This document shows, in pieces, positions 1 through 10,078 of a stretch of 64,000 nt of DNA. Made by a program: the position numbers and the translations under genes. The stretch spans positions 310,001 through 374,000 of the forward strand of contig NW_025765592.1 in NCBI RefSeq assembly GCF_003918875.1, given 5' to 3'. Position 1 is the stretch's first letter. Every line of letters begins with the position of its first letter. This stretch comes from Haliotis rubra (Eukaryota). Under the pieces are notes generated by a model. It saw only the letters and a program-made list of their open reading frames with translations, had not been told where the DNA came from and searched no databases.

Positions 1-80
1 ACCACATCTTCTACACGTTGTATACTTGTCACGAGATCGGAGCGGTTCTTCCTAAGGATCTCGCGGTGAATGGTTTCCAT
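1..80 (-). CDS. N-terminus of a CARD-like (death-fold) protein, truncated by the window edge
   Basis: Manual translation from the ATG at 80 gives METIHREILRKNRSDLVTSIQRVEDV..., which matches the helix-1 pattern of caspase-2/RAIDD-type CARDs (H..iLr.NR..Lv..i). TATATAAAG at 189-181 and an Inr-like TCATTC at 157-152 lie upstream. Confidence 0.6.
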   Translation of the reverse strand, partial: METIHREILRKNRSDLVTSIQRVEDV

Positions 81-151
81 CTTCGAGGTAAACAGTTACC
101 AGTAGAGTCAAGAACATAAGATCCGTACGATGTCTCTGGCGACTGAAGTCA

Positions 152-420
152 GAATGATATGGAGGGCTGTTCGGGGGGGACTTTATATACCCACCCGAGT
201 CTAAAAATAGACACATTAAGTGTGCTCACAATAGATCTCAACATAGACCTGAGACAAAGACTCATCATCTAAAAATAGACACACCAGGTGTTCACACCAT
301 AGATCTCAATATACAATAGAGAGCAGTGACTCATCATCTAAAAATAGACACACCAGGTGTTCACACAATAGATTTTGACCCTATAAAGCCCCATAGCTAA
401 AAATAGATTTTGACGCCATA
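152..420 (-). promoter_or_regulatory. Promoter/enhancer of the CARD-like gene: TATA, Inr and a ~60-69 bp repeated module with four CTAAAAATAG (MEF2-consensus) sites
   Basis: CTAAAAATAG at 201-210, 269-278, 338-347 and 397-406; CAGGTG E-boxes at 285-290 and 354-359; TGACTCA at 327-333; TATA at 181-189 (minus strand). Confidence 0.55.
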
Positions 421-648
421 AAGGCCTTGATACTACTGTTATGGTACATAGCTTAACGTGTGTCATGAAATTCTTTTAGAATATGAAGTAATTAAGTAGC
501 TTCCATCGCTCGAACTGACAAAGTTCGCGAAGCCAAATTTAACTGATTCAATTAGTTGCACTTAGCAATAGCAATAAATAGTTTTTTTTGTTTTGTTTAT
601 ATTCCTTTATCTTCCATTATTTACAGATACACGTCCACCGTTCCGCAG

Positions 649-726
649 CTACTACTACTACTACCACCACTACCGCTGCTACGACGCTACGACGACTACT
701 ACTACTACTAGTGGTAGACCTACTAC
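649..726. repeat. (ACT)n/(ACG)n imperfect microsatellite
   Basis: actactactactaccaccactacc...gactactactactacta. Confidence 0.8.
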
Positions 727-739
727 AAAAAAAAGAGAC

Positions 740-848
740 TGTTCCCCACATGGGCACAATGTGTCAAAAGCCATTTCGGGGTGTCTCCCGACGTGATGTT
801 GTTGGAATATTGTTAAACGCGAGGTAAATCCCAACTCACTCACTCACT
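740..848 (+). mobile_element. 5'-truncated tRNA-derived SINE (same family as 7758-7928)
   Basis: cccacatgggcacaatgtg...ggaatattg...gtaaa followed by a (CTCA)n tail; aligns by eye with 7822-7925. Confidence 0.7.
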
Positions 849-2116
849 GTATTGGTGTTCATGTTTGCTTATTAGACAATGGTTAATTCTGCGTAGGTTC
901 GCAGCTATTATAGACTTATAAACTTGTGGAGGGATTTTTAACTACTGTACTACGTGAGCATACTTTGTTGTTTGTGTGAATTATAGAGTGTGCGTATTTG
1001 AAACATAATATTCCACTTACTGTTTTGAACTGTTATGTATACAATGTAGGAAGTATGAATGCACACTGGGTTGATGTGTACACCACTAAACTATGATTAT
1101 GTGTCGTGTGCACAATCTACTTTGGTTACTTATTCGATTGTTAATATCTTCTAATAATTGTAAGCTTTTGCATATTATTTTTTTGATTATTTACACAGAT
1201 CATTCTGTGATTGTTGTGTAATAAACTCCTTGTTTATTTTTACTATTGTGTCGTGTGGCTTTTGCTATATAGTCAGACCTCCTGCCAAGCCGGTTGGTTC
1301 TCCAACTCGCATTTGTAATATGTTTGCTCTCACAAAATTGAGAGTGAATATGCGTACTATATTAAACGTAGTAATACTCTAAAGCATACACTACCATATT
1401 TCTTCGTTGCGACGTGATGGGAAAATTTACAGAACCATGCACGTGATGTTTTTTTTTAGGAAATGCGATAGGGCCCTTGACACAAGCAATAAGCCTTATG
1501 TGTTCTTATTCAGTATGTGGGTCAGACATTCCTCTGCACAATCACAACATCTGTCGACAATACAGTCAAACCGCATTAATCCCAACATCTGAAGTTATGT
1601 TCAATCCACCGGCCGACAGATTTAAGTAAAAACAAAATACATCTATCAGATTTCCACTTCTTTTATTACACAGAAGAGCTAGCTAACTCTACATCACTTT
1701 CGGCGATTTTTTCACTGGAGCGGAGTTTGTCCTGCCTCAGGACCTGAAATGAAACATTAAATGCATTCGTTGTGAATCACAGTTAAGGGAAGACAATTCG
1801 TGCCCACACGTACAAGCACCTTTTTATTCATGAGAAAATCTTTCAACTCACAATAGAATTACACGACGGTTCTAGTTTAATTACGACTGGAAAACAATCT
1901 ATAATTTCATTATGTTTCTATTAGAGCTTGTTACAAATATACATATACATATACACCTTTAGTTACAATACAAAATAAGGAAAAACACTAAATCCATCAA
2001 ATACACCTATATGTAATGTCTTTTCAATGGAGAAAAACTTGACAGATTATCCATAACGGAACCGTGTTTATGATATCCCGGACCGATAGGTGCAACTGTC
2101 AGTAGAATATGAGTGT

Positions 2117-2302
2117 GTGAGGGAATGAGTTTAGTTTCACACCGCACTCAGCAATATTCCAGCTATATGCTCACGGTCTTTGAATAACTAAGTGTGGTCC
2201 CTACATTCGAGTGATCAATAGCATGAGCATCGATCTACCCAAATGGGAATCGATAACATGTGTCAACCAAGTCAGCGAGCCCCCTCCCGTCACAAGCACA
2301 GC
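2117..2302 (-). mobile_element. Truncated SINE-like repeat (same family as 9401-9647)
   Basis: gagtttagtttcacaccgcactcagcaatattccagctatatg...gtgtcaaccaagtcagcgagc is shared with 9409-9562. Confidence 0.75.
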
Positions 2303-2399
2303 AGGATCTGATAAAATACATATTTAAACGCTATGGACATAAGGTGCAAACTGTAGACAGGTGGAAAGGATTGAAGCAGACATTCAGTTTCAAACTCAC

Positions 2400-2866
2400 C
2401 TACTGCTGACTTTGACAGTCCGATTCCTTCTCTGTTTCATCCTCTTCCCCCATGTCATCTTCAACACAGCAGAAGAACTTGATTTTGTTAAAGAGGCGGT
2501 TGTTCTTGGACCGATTTTGTCCGGCGAAGATCATATGGGTTGCATTCCCAAGGGCCTCTGTGTACTGGGTGTTGAGGAGGACATCATATTCGCTTGGTAG
2601 TGCTTCTTTTTCACACTAGGGCTGAGCAGAACTTTCCACACATCTTCATCATGGATCTTAATGGATTCATAAGAGATGATCTCGAGCAAAAGGTTCTTGG
2701 GTAGGTCACTCACTTTACATCTAGTTGTATTTTGACGCATAATTCCATCTGCGTCAAGGGTTTTCATCAGTTCGTCTCTGGAAACACTGGTGACTGTGGG
2801 TTTAAAACGTTTCGTGTTGTCTGTCTTAGCAGCAACTTCGGAAGGACGCTTGAAAGAATCGGTCAT
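2400..2866 (-). CDS. 155-aa protein with a basic N-terminus and acidic C-terminal tail (possible OB-fold nucleic-acid-binding protein); needs one base added in the T5 run at 2607-2611
   Basis: ORF 2531..2866 continues in a shifted frame as ...KKEALPSEYDVLLNTQYTEALGNATHMIFAGQNRSKNNRLFNKIKFFCCVEDDMGEEDETEKESDCQSQQ* (stop 2402-2400, followed directly by a GTGAGT donor). TATAAAAG lies at 2967-2960. Confidence 0.55.
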
Positions 2867-3079
2867 GGTTGTTGGAGATACTTATTGGAGTAACTTCCAA
2901 AGAGTGTAGTTATGCGCTAGAGATAGTGCAAATATAACACGTTGAATGTTTTGAGCTTTCTTTTATACCGTTTTTCGTTGTGCGTCACTGATAGATAAAA
3001 AGTGTTGTTCATGTGGTCACGATGTCGAGGACACATCCATGTTCACACAATGGATGACGTCAGAGAACATTTTTTCGTT

Positions 3080-3341
3080 TTACTCTGGTCGTGACGAACG
3101 CGACTTGATTTTAGGGTTAGGAAGGAGATACCCCAGACTGCTTCCCAACAGACTTGTCCATAAGTTTGAATTTCCTCGAGCCAAAGATAAGTTGACAATG
3201 CAAGTAATCACAACGATATAGATGATAAAGATTTGAGAGAAAAAATACAGTTTCCGTCTTTGCTATTCTTTTGGCAAATAGTCTCCAGGGCTCTACAGAT
3301 CTAATCCTTTCGATAGGTTGTGCCTCAACGGTGTCTTCCAT
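3080..3341 (-). CDS. 86-aa small two-transmembrane protein; needs one base removed from the A6 run at 3240-3245
   Basis: The corrected frame gives ...ETVFFSQIFIIYIVVITCIVNLSLARGNSNLWTSLLGSSLGYLLPNPKIKSRSSRPE*, with two hydrophobic helices and a GYLLPNP motif. I recall this motif from small membrane proteins of invertebrate Maverick/Polinton elements; this has not been checked by search. Confidence 0.65.
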
Positions 3342-3779
3342 TCTTGTGAAACCATGATCTCATAGTTTGTAGCTTTATTACTTTAAAACTACATGGTGTC
3401 AAACATGTACTTTTAAAAAGAAACAAACCATGGAATTAACTATTAAATGCTTTTGAAAACTTCTTGTTGTATGCATAGTTACGTTTTTTGGTTTTATTTG
3501 TTTTGCTCAAAATAATTAAGAAACCAGTTCTATCTATTTGTATTCAATGTCTATAACTTAATACAGCGAGCTCATGTTCCTTTAACATTTGTTTTTTTCC
3601 CCAGCCTCAAGACATGAAAAGAAGTGGTATCACATCTCCCCCCCCCCCCATCCCCATCCCCCCTCTCTCCCTCCTTCAACGATAAACAATAAACATTTCT
3701 AGTAGCATATACCCTTATATGGAAAACATACTACTGCAACCGTGTCTTTCTCGGCAAAATGGTTCTATTTTTTTAACTG

Positions 3780-4460
3780 TTGGAACACGACAGATTTAAC
3801 AGCTGACATTCCAATTGAGGGTGACTGATGGAATCCAGACCCCGCGAGACAAATCGCGGAAAACGTAGTAGGACTTCCATATACGGGCATTCGTTACTAT
3901 GCACCGATTCTGCTTCCTCAAGGCTCCGTTAATGAATTGCAATTGGTGCAGCGTGATTACAGAATGCCCTTTGACCTTTCTGACCAGTGATACCGTGCAC
4001 ACCTGTGAGCGTTCAGTTCATGAGTTGGAAACAGTTCCCCCTCCCGGCGAGACTAATCGCGGAAAACGTAGTAGGACTTCCATATACGGACATTCGTTAC
4101 TATGCACCGATTCTGCTTCCTCAAGGCTCCGTTAATGAATTGCAATTGGTGCAGCGTGATTACAGAATGCCCTTTGACCTTTCTGACCAGTGATACCGTG
4201 CACACCTGTGAGCGTTCCGTTCATGAGTTGGAACACGGCAGACCAACAGCTGGCATTCCAATGGAGTGTGACTCATGGAATCTAGCCCCCGCGAATATCG
4301 CGGAAACGTAGTAGGACTTCCATATACGGGCATTCGTTACTATGCAACGATTCAGCTTCGTTAGGGCTCAGTTAATGAATTGCATTGGTGCAACATGTTT
4401 TTAGAATGCCCTTTGACCTTTCCGACCTGTGATATCGTGCACACCTGTGAGGGTTCATGA
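3780..4460. repeat. Three tandem ~203-240 bp units (subterminal/TIR-internal repeats)
   Basis: gtaggacttccatatacgg... recurs at 3868, 4071 and 4311; the segment 3780-3846 recurs at 4228-4293. Confidence 0.9.
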
Positions 4461-4498
4461 CCTATGCCTATGAACTTGCCCTTGATGCTGTCATCGTT

Positions 4499-4606
4499 CA
4501 CGTGACTCCCCGTCTCGTATTAACCGGAAGTCTGATGACGTCAGACTTCCGGTCACGTGACAGCACCTCCTCGATGAGGTGCTTTACTTATTAAATTTAC
4601 CCTACT
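4499..4606. other. Stacked palindromes and AT-rich terminus (putative TIR end/replication origin)
   Basis: 13-bp perfect stem ACCGGAAGTCTGA/TCAGACTTCCGGT (4523-4553) with TGACGTCA at 4536-4543; GTCACGTGAC at 4552-4561; AGCACCTC..GAGGTGCT at 4562-4583; then TTATTAAATTTACCCTACT. Confidence 0.7.
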
Positions 4607-4774
4607 CTGACTCACTCCAAAACCATTCGCTTCTCAAGTTAACAGACGTTCTTCTAACTGAGATTTTGCATGTCACACTAACCAGGTCACGATGCCAGAT
4701 ATCACTGGTGTAACAGCGTCTATGTGTACACCCCAGTGTAGTGTGCACAGTACAACTGTAGAGTCAGGTACAAG
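4607..4774 (+). promoter_or_regulatory. Non-coding first exon (5' UTR) of cholinesterase-like gene A
   Basis: The module ending GAGTCAGGTACAAG|GTGAGT (donor at 4775) is conserved upstream of every paralog (donors at 12046, 13333, 23528, 41031, 41174, 50692). The acceptor ...TTCCAG|A-ATG is at 5681/5682. Confidence 0.7.
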
Positions 4775-5682
4775 GTGAGTGTGTGGTGATCAATGACATT
4801 CTGTTTTCCATCAAATACCATTGACGAAAACGATTCTCGAAATATAGGTAAAGACAAGCAGTGTTGTTACTCTAACAGTCTATCTTTGAGGATTTAGGTT
4901 GCATATGCTAGCATACAAATATACCTGTGTATTACATACTCTTACCCGGAGACCTTCATGTTGTTTACAAACGATTGTTCCTTTTAAAGTGGCAGTTACA
5001 CTTTCATGAATTATGTTAATTACATGGTGTTTGTGTTCGTGTCAACGTTAAATTTACCCCCATTCATTAAGACCATCTGTACATTCAATGTCTTATAGTT
5101 ATATAGTTGCCCATATGCACATGTATCTCAGCTACCTAACCCTTTATCAATGAGTCTGTCTCAAAACTACCCTGATCAGAGTTCAATTTTTCGAAAGGCT
5201 GTAGGCCCGTGGAATTTGAAATTTGCAGTCATTCTGATTGTGACGTAATGTCTACCACGTTACAATACCCTGTCTTCCAAATGGTATGTCTGTGTGTTCT
5301 GTTCCACCACCTGTTACGCAGCTTCATTGAATTACAATTCCAGTACGATATACAATGGCAGAGGTGACAACAAAGTCAGTGATAAATAATATTCTCTCAT
5401 CAGAAGCAGTGCTCACGTTTTTAAAATACGATGTTCGTAGATGATCACAGAATGCTGGACACCACTGTCCTCAAGGGACAATCTCAACATTGGTGTGCTG
5501 CAGTACACAGCCATATCACACAAACAATCTTGGTTATTAGTGTCACATTTCATGTGTAAAGAAACTGTGGAACATGAATTGGAATGGATGAAAGGCTCAA
5601 CTGTAAATAGTATGTTAACTAGGAACATGAACACAGAAGGAACAAAAGTTCATCTGTAAAACGTATCTTATTTTTTTCCAGA

Positions 5683-8136
5683 ATGTGGATAGGAATGAGA
5701 CTTGCATTGGCGACGCTTCTGACGTTGTTGCTGGTGCTGCCTACTGTGAAATCACAGAAAGTGTCAACTTTAAATGGCCCACTTCTAGGACAACAACTGT
5801 CAGTGTTGGGCAAGTCTCTTGACGTATTCTATGGAATCCCATATGCGAAGCCTCCTGTAGGCGATCTACGCTTCAAATACCCTCAGCCTTCAGAGTCATG
5901 GGGACCGGAAGTAAGGGATGCACAAAACCCGACGCCATCTTGCTTCCAACCAATAGGTGCTCATAACACAGATGAGAAGCACAAGCAGATGCCCGATGAT
6001 TACAGTGAAGACTGCCTCCATCTTACAGTGTGGGCGCCATCAGACAATAGTGGCAATCTGGCAGTGATGGTCTGGATTCACGGCGGAGGCTTCTATTTTG
6101 GATCTACAAGACTACCACTGTATGAAGGAAAATACATTGCAGCAGAGAATGGAGTCATCGTTGTTTCAATTAATTACAGATTGGGGCCTTTAGGGTTCAG
6201 CTACCTTGGTCCAGATACCATCCCTGGCAACATGGGCTTGATGGATCAAAGATTAGCCTTACAGTGGGTGAAAGACAATGTTGCCAACTTTGGTGGAGAT
6301 CCAACCCGAGTCACCATATTTGGAGAAAGTGCTGGTGGTGTCTGCGTGGGTCTACACCTGGTGTCACCTCTGTCACGTGACTTGTTTGACAGAGCAATCA
6401 CACAGAGTGGGACCCTCACTTGCTCATGGACATACATGGCGCCCAAAACAGCAAAAGGAAAATTGAAGAGATTTGCTGATCTCCTTGAATGTCCTTCATC
6501 TTCAACTGATACAGAGATATATGACTGCTTGAAGACAGCAGATGCACAAACTATGGCAGACCTTCAGCTTGTTTTGTTAGATGAAGGAACAACATTTCCT
6601 CCAGTTGTGGATGGGTACTTTGTCCCCGATGACCCCAAAAGTCTTCTGTCCACTGGCTCCATCAAGCAGACCAGTGTATTGCATGGTTTTACTAAAGATG
6701 AGACAACACTGTTTTCTGCAATGACATTGAAACGTTCCCTGAGAAACGTGTCCACACTACCTGAATCACTGATTTTAAGTCGTCAAGAATATGATAGTTT
6801 TCTTTCATTTGACATTGTCACTGGAAAGGACATTGGAGAGTCTATTCGTCTATTTTATGAAAGTCAGATACCCCTTCTAAAGGACAAGGACTATTTTGAT
6901 GTCGTAACTCGTGCAACTTCAGACAGGAAATTTAAGTGTCCTCATCTTGAGTTTGACAGATTGTACTCTCCTGCCAACCCTACCTATGTCTACAGTTTTA
7001 ATCGCCGACTGTCAGTTAGTCCAAATCCACAGTGGATGGGAGCACCCCACTGGTACGAGCTTGACTTTGTGTTTGGTTGGGTTCTGGATAAGTCTCTGGG
7101 ATGTACAGAGGAGGAGATGGAACTCAGCAGGACCATCATGACGTACTGGACCAACTTTGCCAAGTCGGGGTGAGTGAGTGAATGAATGAGCGAGTGAAAT
7201 GGTATTATTTTAAATGACATCATGTAAATGTTACTAATCAGGACGATCAATATTTTGTTTCAAATATTCAAGATCTTCTGAAGTTTTCGTATCTATATAC
7301 AGCAATCCGAACGCTCCTGTCCCCATCAAGGTGAACTGGCCAGCCTCTGACAACACTAATCTCTCCTACATGGCCCTTGACGTGGGCAGCAAATTAGCAG
7401 CAGGACACGGGGTAGTCCACCACGAATGTGTTTTCATCAACAGGATTCTACCCATGATTTCTAAAGGTAATAGTATGATGGGATATCATTTTTTAACAGT
7501 TACATGCAATACATGTTTTTATGTTGAAATCACTTAACGGAATACCATAAGTTCATTTCAGTATGGTCCAATCAAGTGGTTCATTCAAATGCTATAATGC
7601 CATTATGTCTGTGCCAACATGTACCCATTAAGAGTTTTCTCAGAATTTTCATGTTAATTTCAAAATGTCACTACTGATATGCCTGGTCCTTACAGTTTGA
7701 TCGTAGAGATAATTTCTAGTGTCTGTGCTTCTCCTACCTGAGACGATATGCTCCTAGAGGCAGTGGGGTAGCCTAGTGGTTTAAACGTTTGCTCGTCATG
7801 CAGAAGACCCAGGTTCAATTGCCCACATGTGTACAATGTGCAGAGTCCATTTCTAGTGTCCCCCGCCATGATATTGCTGGAATCTTGCTAAAAGCGGTGT
7901 AAAACCATACACACTCTCTCCCTCCCTCACCTTTATGCTAAAAGTAAATAACTGTAACAAGATAAGGGCAACAATACCCCAGATGCGTCTTATTGCAACA
8001 TGATCGACTGAAGGCTGCAAATTGTTGAGAATGTACATTGTTTGTTCATGATACAAACGTGCAGCCAGGGAAATCATGAATTTATCCTTGTGTTTCAGAC
8101 CCACCGGAAGGGCAGGAGTATTGCACAAAAGGATGA
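5683..8136 (+). CDS. Secreted cholinesterase-like / type-B carboxylesterase, paralog A (exons 5683-7169, 7303-7466, 8099-8136; 562 aa, intact)
   Basis: Signal peptide; GIPYAKPPVGDLRF; SEDCL; WIHGGGF oxyanion hole; FGESAGG catalytic Ser; GFTKDE Glu; WMGAPHWYE His; WTNFAKSG|NPN; Cys for the three canonical disulfides; in-phase GT-AG introns; AATAAA at 8307-8312. Confidence 0.93.
7758..7928 (+). mobile_element. tRNA-derived SINE in the last intron of gene A
   Basis: A box GTAGCCTAGTGG, B box GGTTCAATTGCCC, body shared with 740-848 and 21131-21265, (CT/CACT) tail. Confidence 0.8.
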
Positions 8137-9400
8137 AAGTACAGCATTATAATACTCAGAGCCGCACTATAATAATCTAACAATAAGGTTTGACATTGCC
8201 AGGAACAGATTATTGTCCAAAGTCGTAGAGAGTCCTCAGAGATACTGTGACACCTATAGTCTACACTCAACCACCAACCCCTATGTAGCCATCAATGATG
8301 TGATGAAATAAATAATTTGCCAGCATTCTGTTGTTCATTATGGTGGGTACCCAATCTTAGAAACACTGCATAGCTCACATAGGCAGTATTATTCCCATGG
8401 GGTTGAGAATGATGATTGAAGATATATGGATGTCCTGTTTAGGAAACAAACAGACCTGTATTTAGCATATACTATCATCCGAAAAAGATTGGTATATTAA
8501 TGCATTATTTATATCAGCATCCGATAAGTCAGATGCAACTCCGTATAGTTATGTATCACTTTTAAGCTGGAACTACAATCCGTTTGAGTCAGAAACGGAC
8601 CGATGAATTGCAAATTTTATCATTGTACAAAATTGCCACATAAATATAAATAGTACACATGTTTATCATTTACTAATACCCAACAGCTTTCTTATATTTG
8701 AAAACTAATCTTCATAAAGTTTGTATATAATTTTCATTTTCGATAATTCTACACCACCTTAAATCTCCAACAAACCGCTTACAAACACAAAATGAACAGT
8801 CAAAAAGTAGTTTCTGTCGGTATGTGCAAGACGTCACGGAGTGCGGTTTAATCGAATGAAATGCACTGATATGCGTTGGTCTCATATAATTCCCCTGATT
8901 GATATGCTTTACTTGTGTGGAGGTTTAATATCAGTATATTGCATAGTGTACAGTGTTGCTATTTAGCTGCGTGACACATCGGGACTACTGTAAAATTATA
9001 GCACTTCACTTCACGTTGTCGGCCTCACGTTGTCGGCCTCACGTTGTCAGGCTCGGTGACTGCTCATACAAACAGTCGTCAGAAAGTTTGGGAAACAAGG
9101 TTTTTCAACGAAGCTGTTCACCGACTCCAAATTATGCATGTCATCCAGCGATGTCCCAGATATTACCATACGACCAGCAGCACAGTGCAGTAGTGTCTCA
9201 AATGAACATAATTTACAGAAAAAAGCAGTTCATGTTAAAAATATATAATAAAAAGGAGCTCTGAGACTTTCTTCATTTTCAGACAGTTAAACTGAAATCT
9301 AGACTTGCCACATATTTTAGACTTGCATGGGCTTTCTTAGAAATCTTTGTTGCAGGGACTGTATGACAGACTAAATACAGTACATGTCTGGTGACTAGTG

Positions 9401-9647
9401 AGTGAATGAGTTCAGTTTTACGCCGCACCTGGCAATATTCCAGCTATATGGCGGCGGTCTGTATATAATCGAGTCTGGACCAGACAATCCAGTGATCAAC
9501 AGCATGGGCATCGATCTGCGCAATTGGGATAAGATGACATGTGTCAACCAAGACAGCGAGCCTGACCACGTGCACCCGGTCCCGTTAGTCGCCCCTAGCG
9601 ACAAGCATGGGTTATTGAAGATCAATTCTAACCCAGACCTTCACGGC
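9401..9647 (-). mobile_element. SINE-like repeat with a ~16-bp target-site duplication
   Basis: TSD tgtctggtgactagtg (9385-9400) / tgtccggtgactagtg (9648-9663). Further copies near 2117, 16072, 33920, 36497, 37570 and their duplicates. Confidence 0.85.
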
Positions 9648-10078
9648 TGTCCGGTGACTAGTGTTTCCCCTATACAGTGCCCTTTTTAGTTGGCGCCTGG
9701 CTGTTTTTATTTGAGCGCCTTGCTGTTTTTGTTTGTCGCCTTTCACTTCTTTGCTATAAAATAATTCATGTTAACACGTATGCATGTATGATTTTTAATT
9801 CAATACTTGTAAATCTGTCACTGCATGCCCATTTTGGAATAAGGGTGCCCCTTTGGAAATTCTGTCGTCCTGCCTTTTTGGATCCTGGGGAAAACACTAG
9901 TGATCCTGGCCCCACATAAAATGGGGGTTTGTCTTTTGCATTCAACAATATATCGCCTTACCTCGAAAACACGAATGTTAGCTTGTATGCACAAAACTCT
10001 GTGAATAATTAGATATGCTATTACACGCCATGAGTAAAGAGAGTACTTGGTGTGAAAGTGTAAAAAAAAATTACACCT

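Larger units (their letters stand above)
1..4606 (-). mobile_element. Right terminal part of a putative Maverick/Polinton-like endogenous virus-like element (extends left of the window)
   Basis: Compact co-oriented minus-strand genes, two with clear TATA boxes. Subterminal tandem repeats at 3780-4460 and a palindrome cluster at 4499-4583. The terminus reads 5'-AGTAGGGTAAATTTAATAAG on the minus strand, and host paralog-homologous sequence resumes exactly at 4607. No pPolB, integrase, ATPase or capsid gene is visible in the window, so the class is inferred. Confidence 0.55.

Noticed and set aside
588-827. Poly-Thr/poly-Tyr ORFs
   Set aside because: Translation of the (ACT)n microsatellite and an adjacent SINE.
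848-1320. Possible solo LTR (TG start, AATAAA, ...GTAATA end)
   Set aside because: No TSD or second copy could be verified in the window.
3796-4311. Short ORFs in the 203/240-bp repeats (MHRFCFLKAP...)
   Set aside because: They repeat only because the DNA does; the third unit is frameshifted and there is no recognisable domain.
5683-7173. Treating the ~495-aa ORFs as complete intronless genes, or naming them canonical ACHE
   Set aside because: The ORF stops fall inside GTGAGT donors and two further in-phase exons exist. The choline-site Trp is missing, so ACHE orthology and function cannot be asserted.
7758-7830. tRNA genes at the A/B-box-containing segments (also ~28610-28683 and ~37822-37915)
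   Set aside because: They continue into SINE bodies with simple-repeat tails or TSDs, and I could not fold a convincing cloverleaf by eye.
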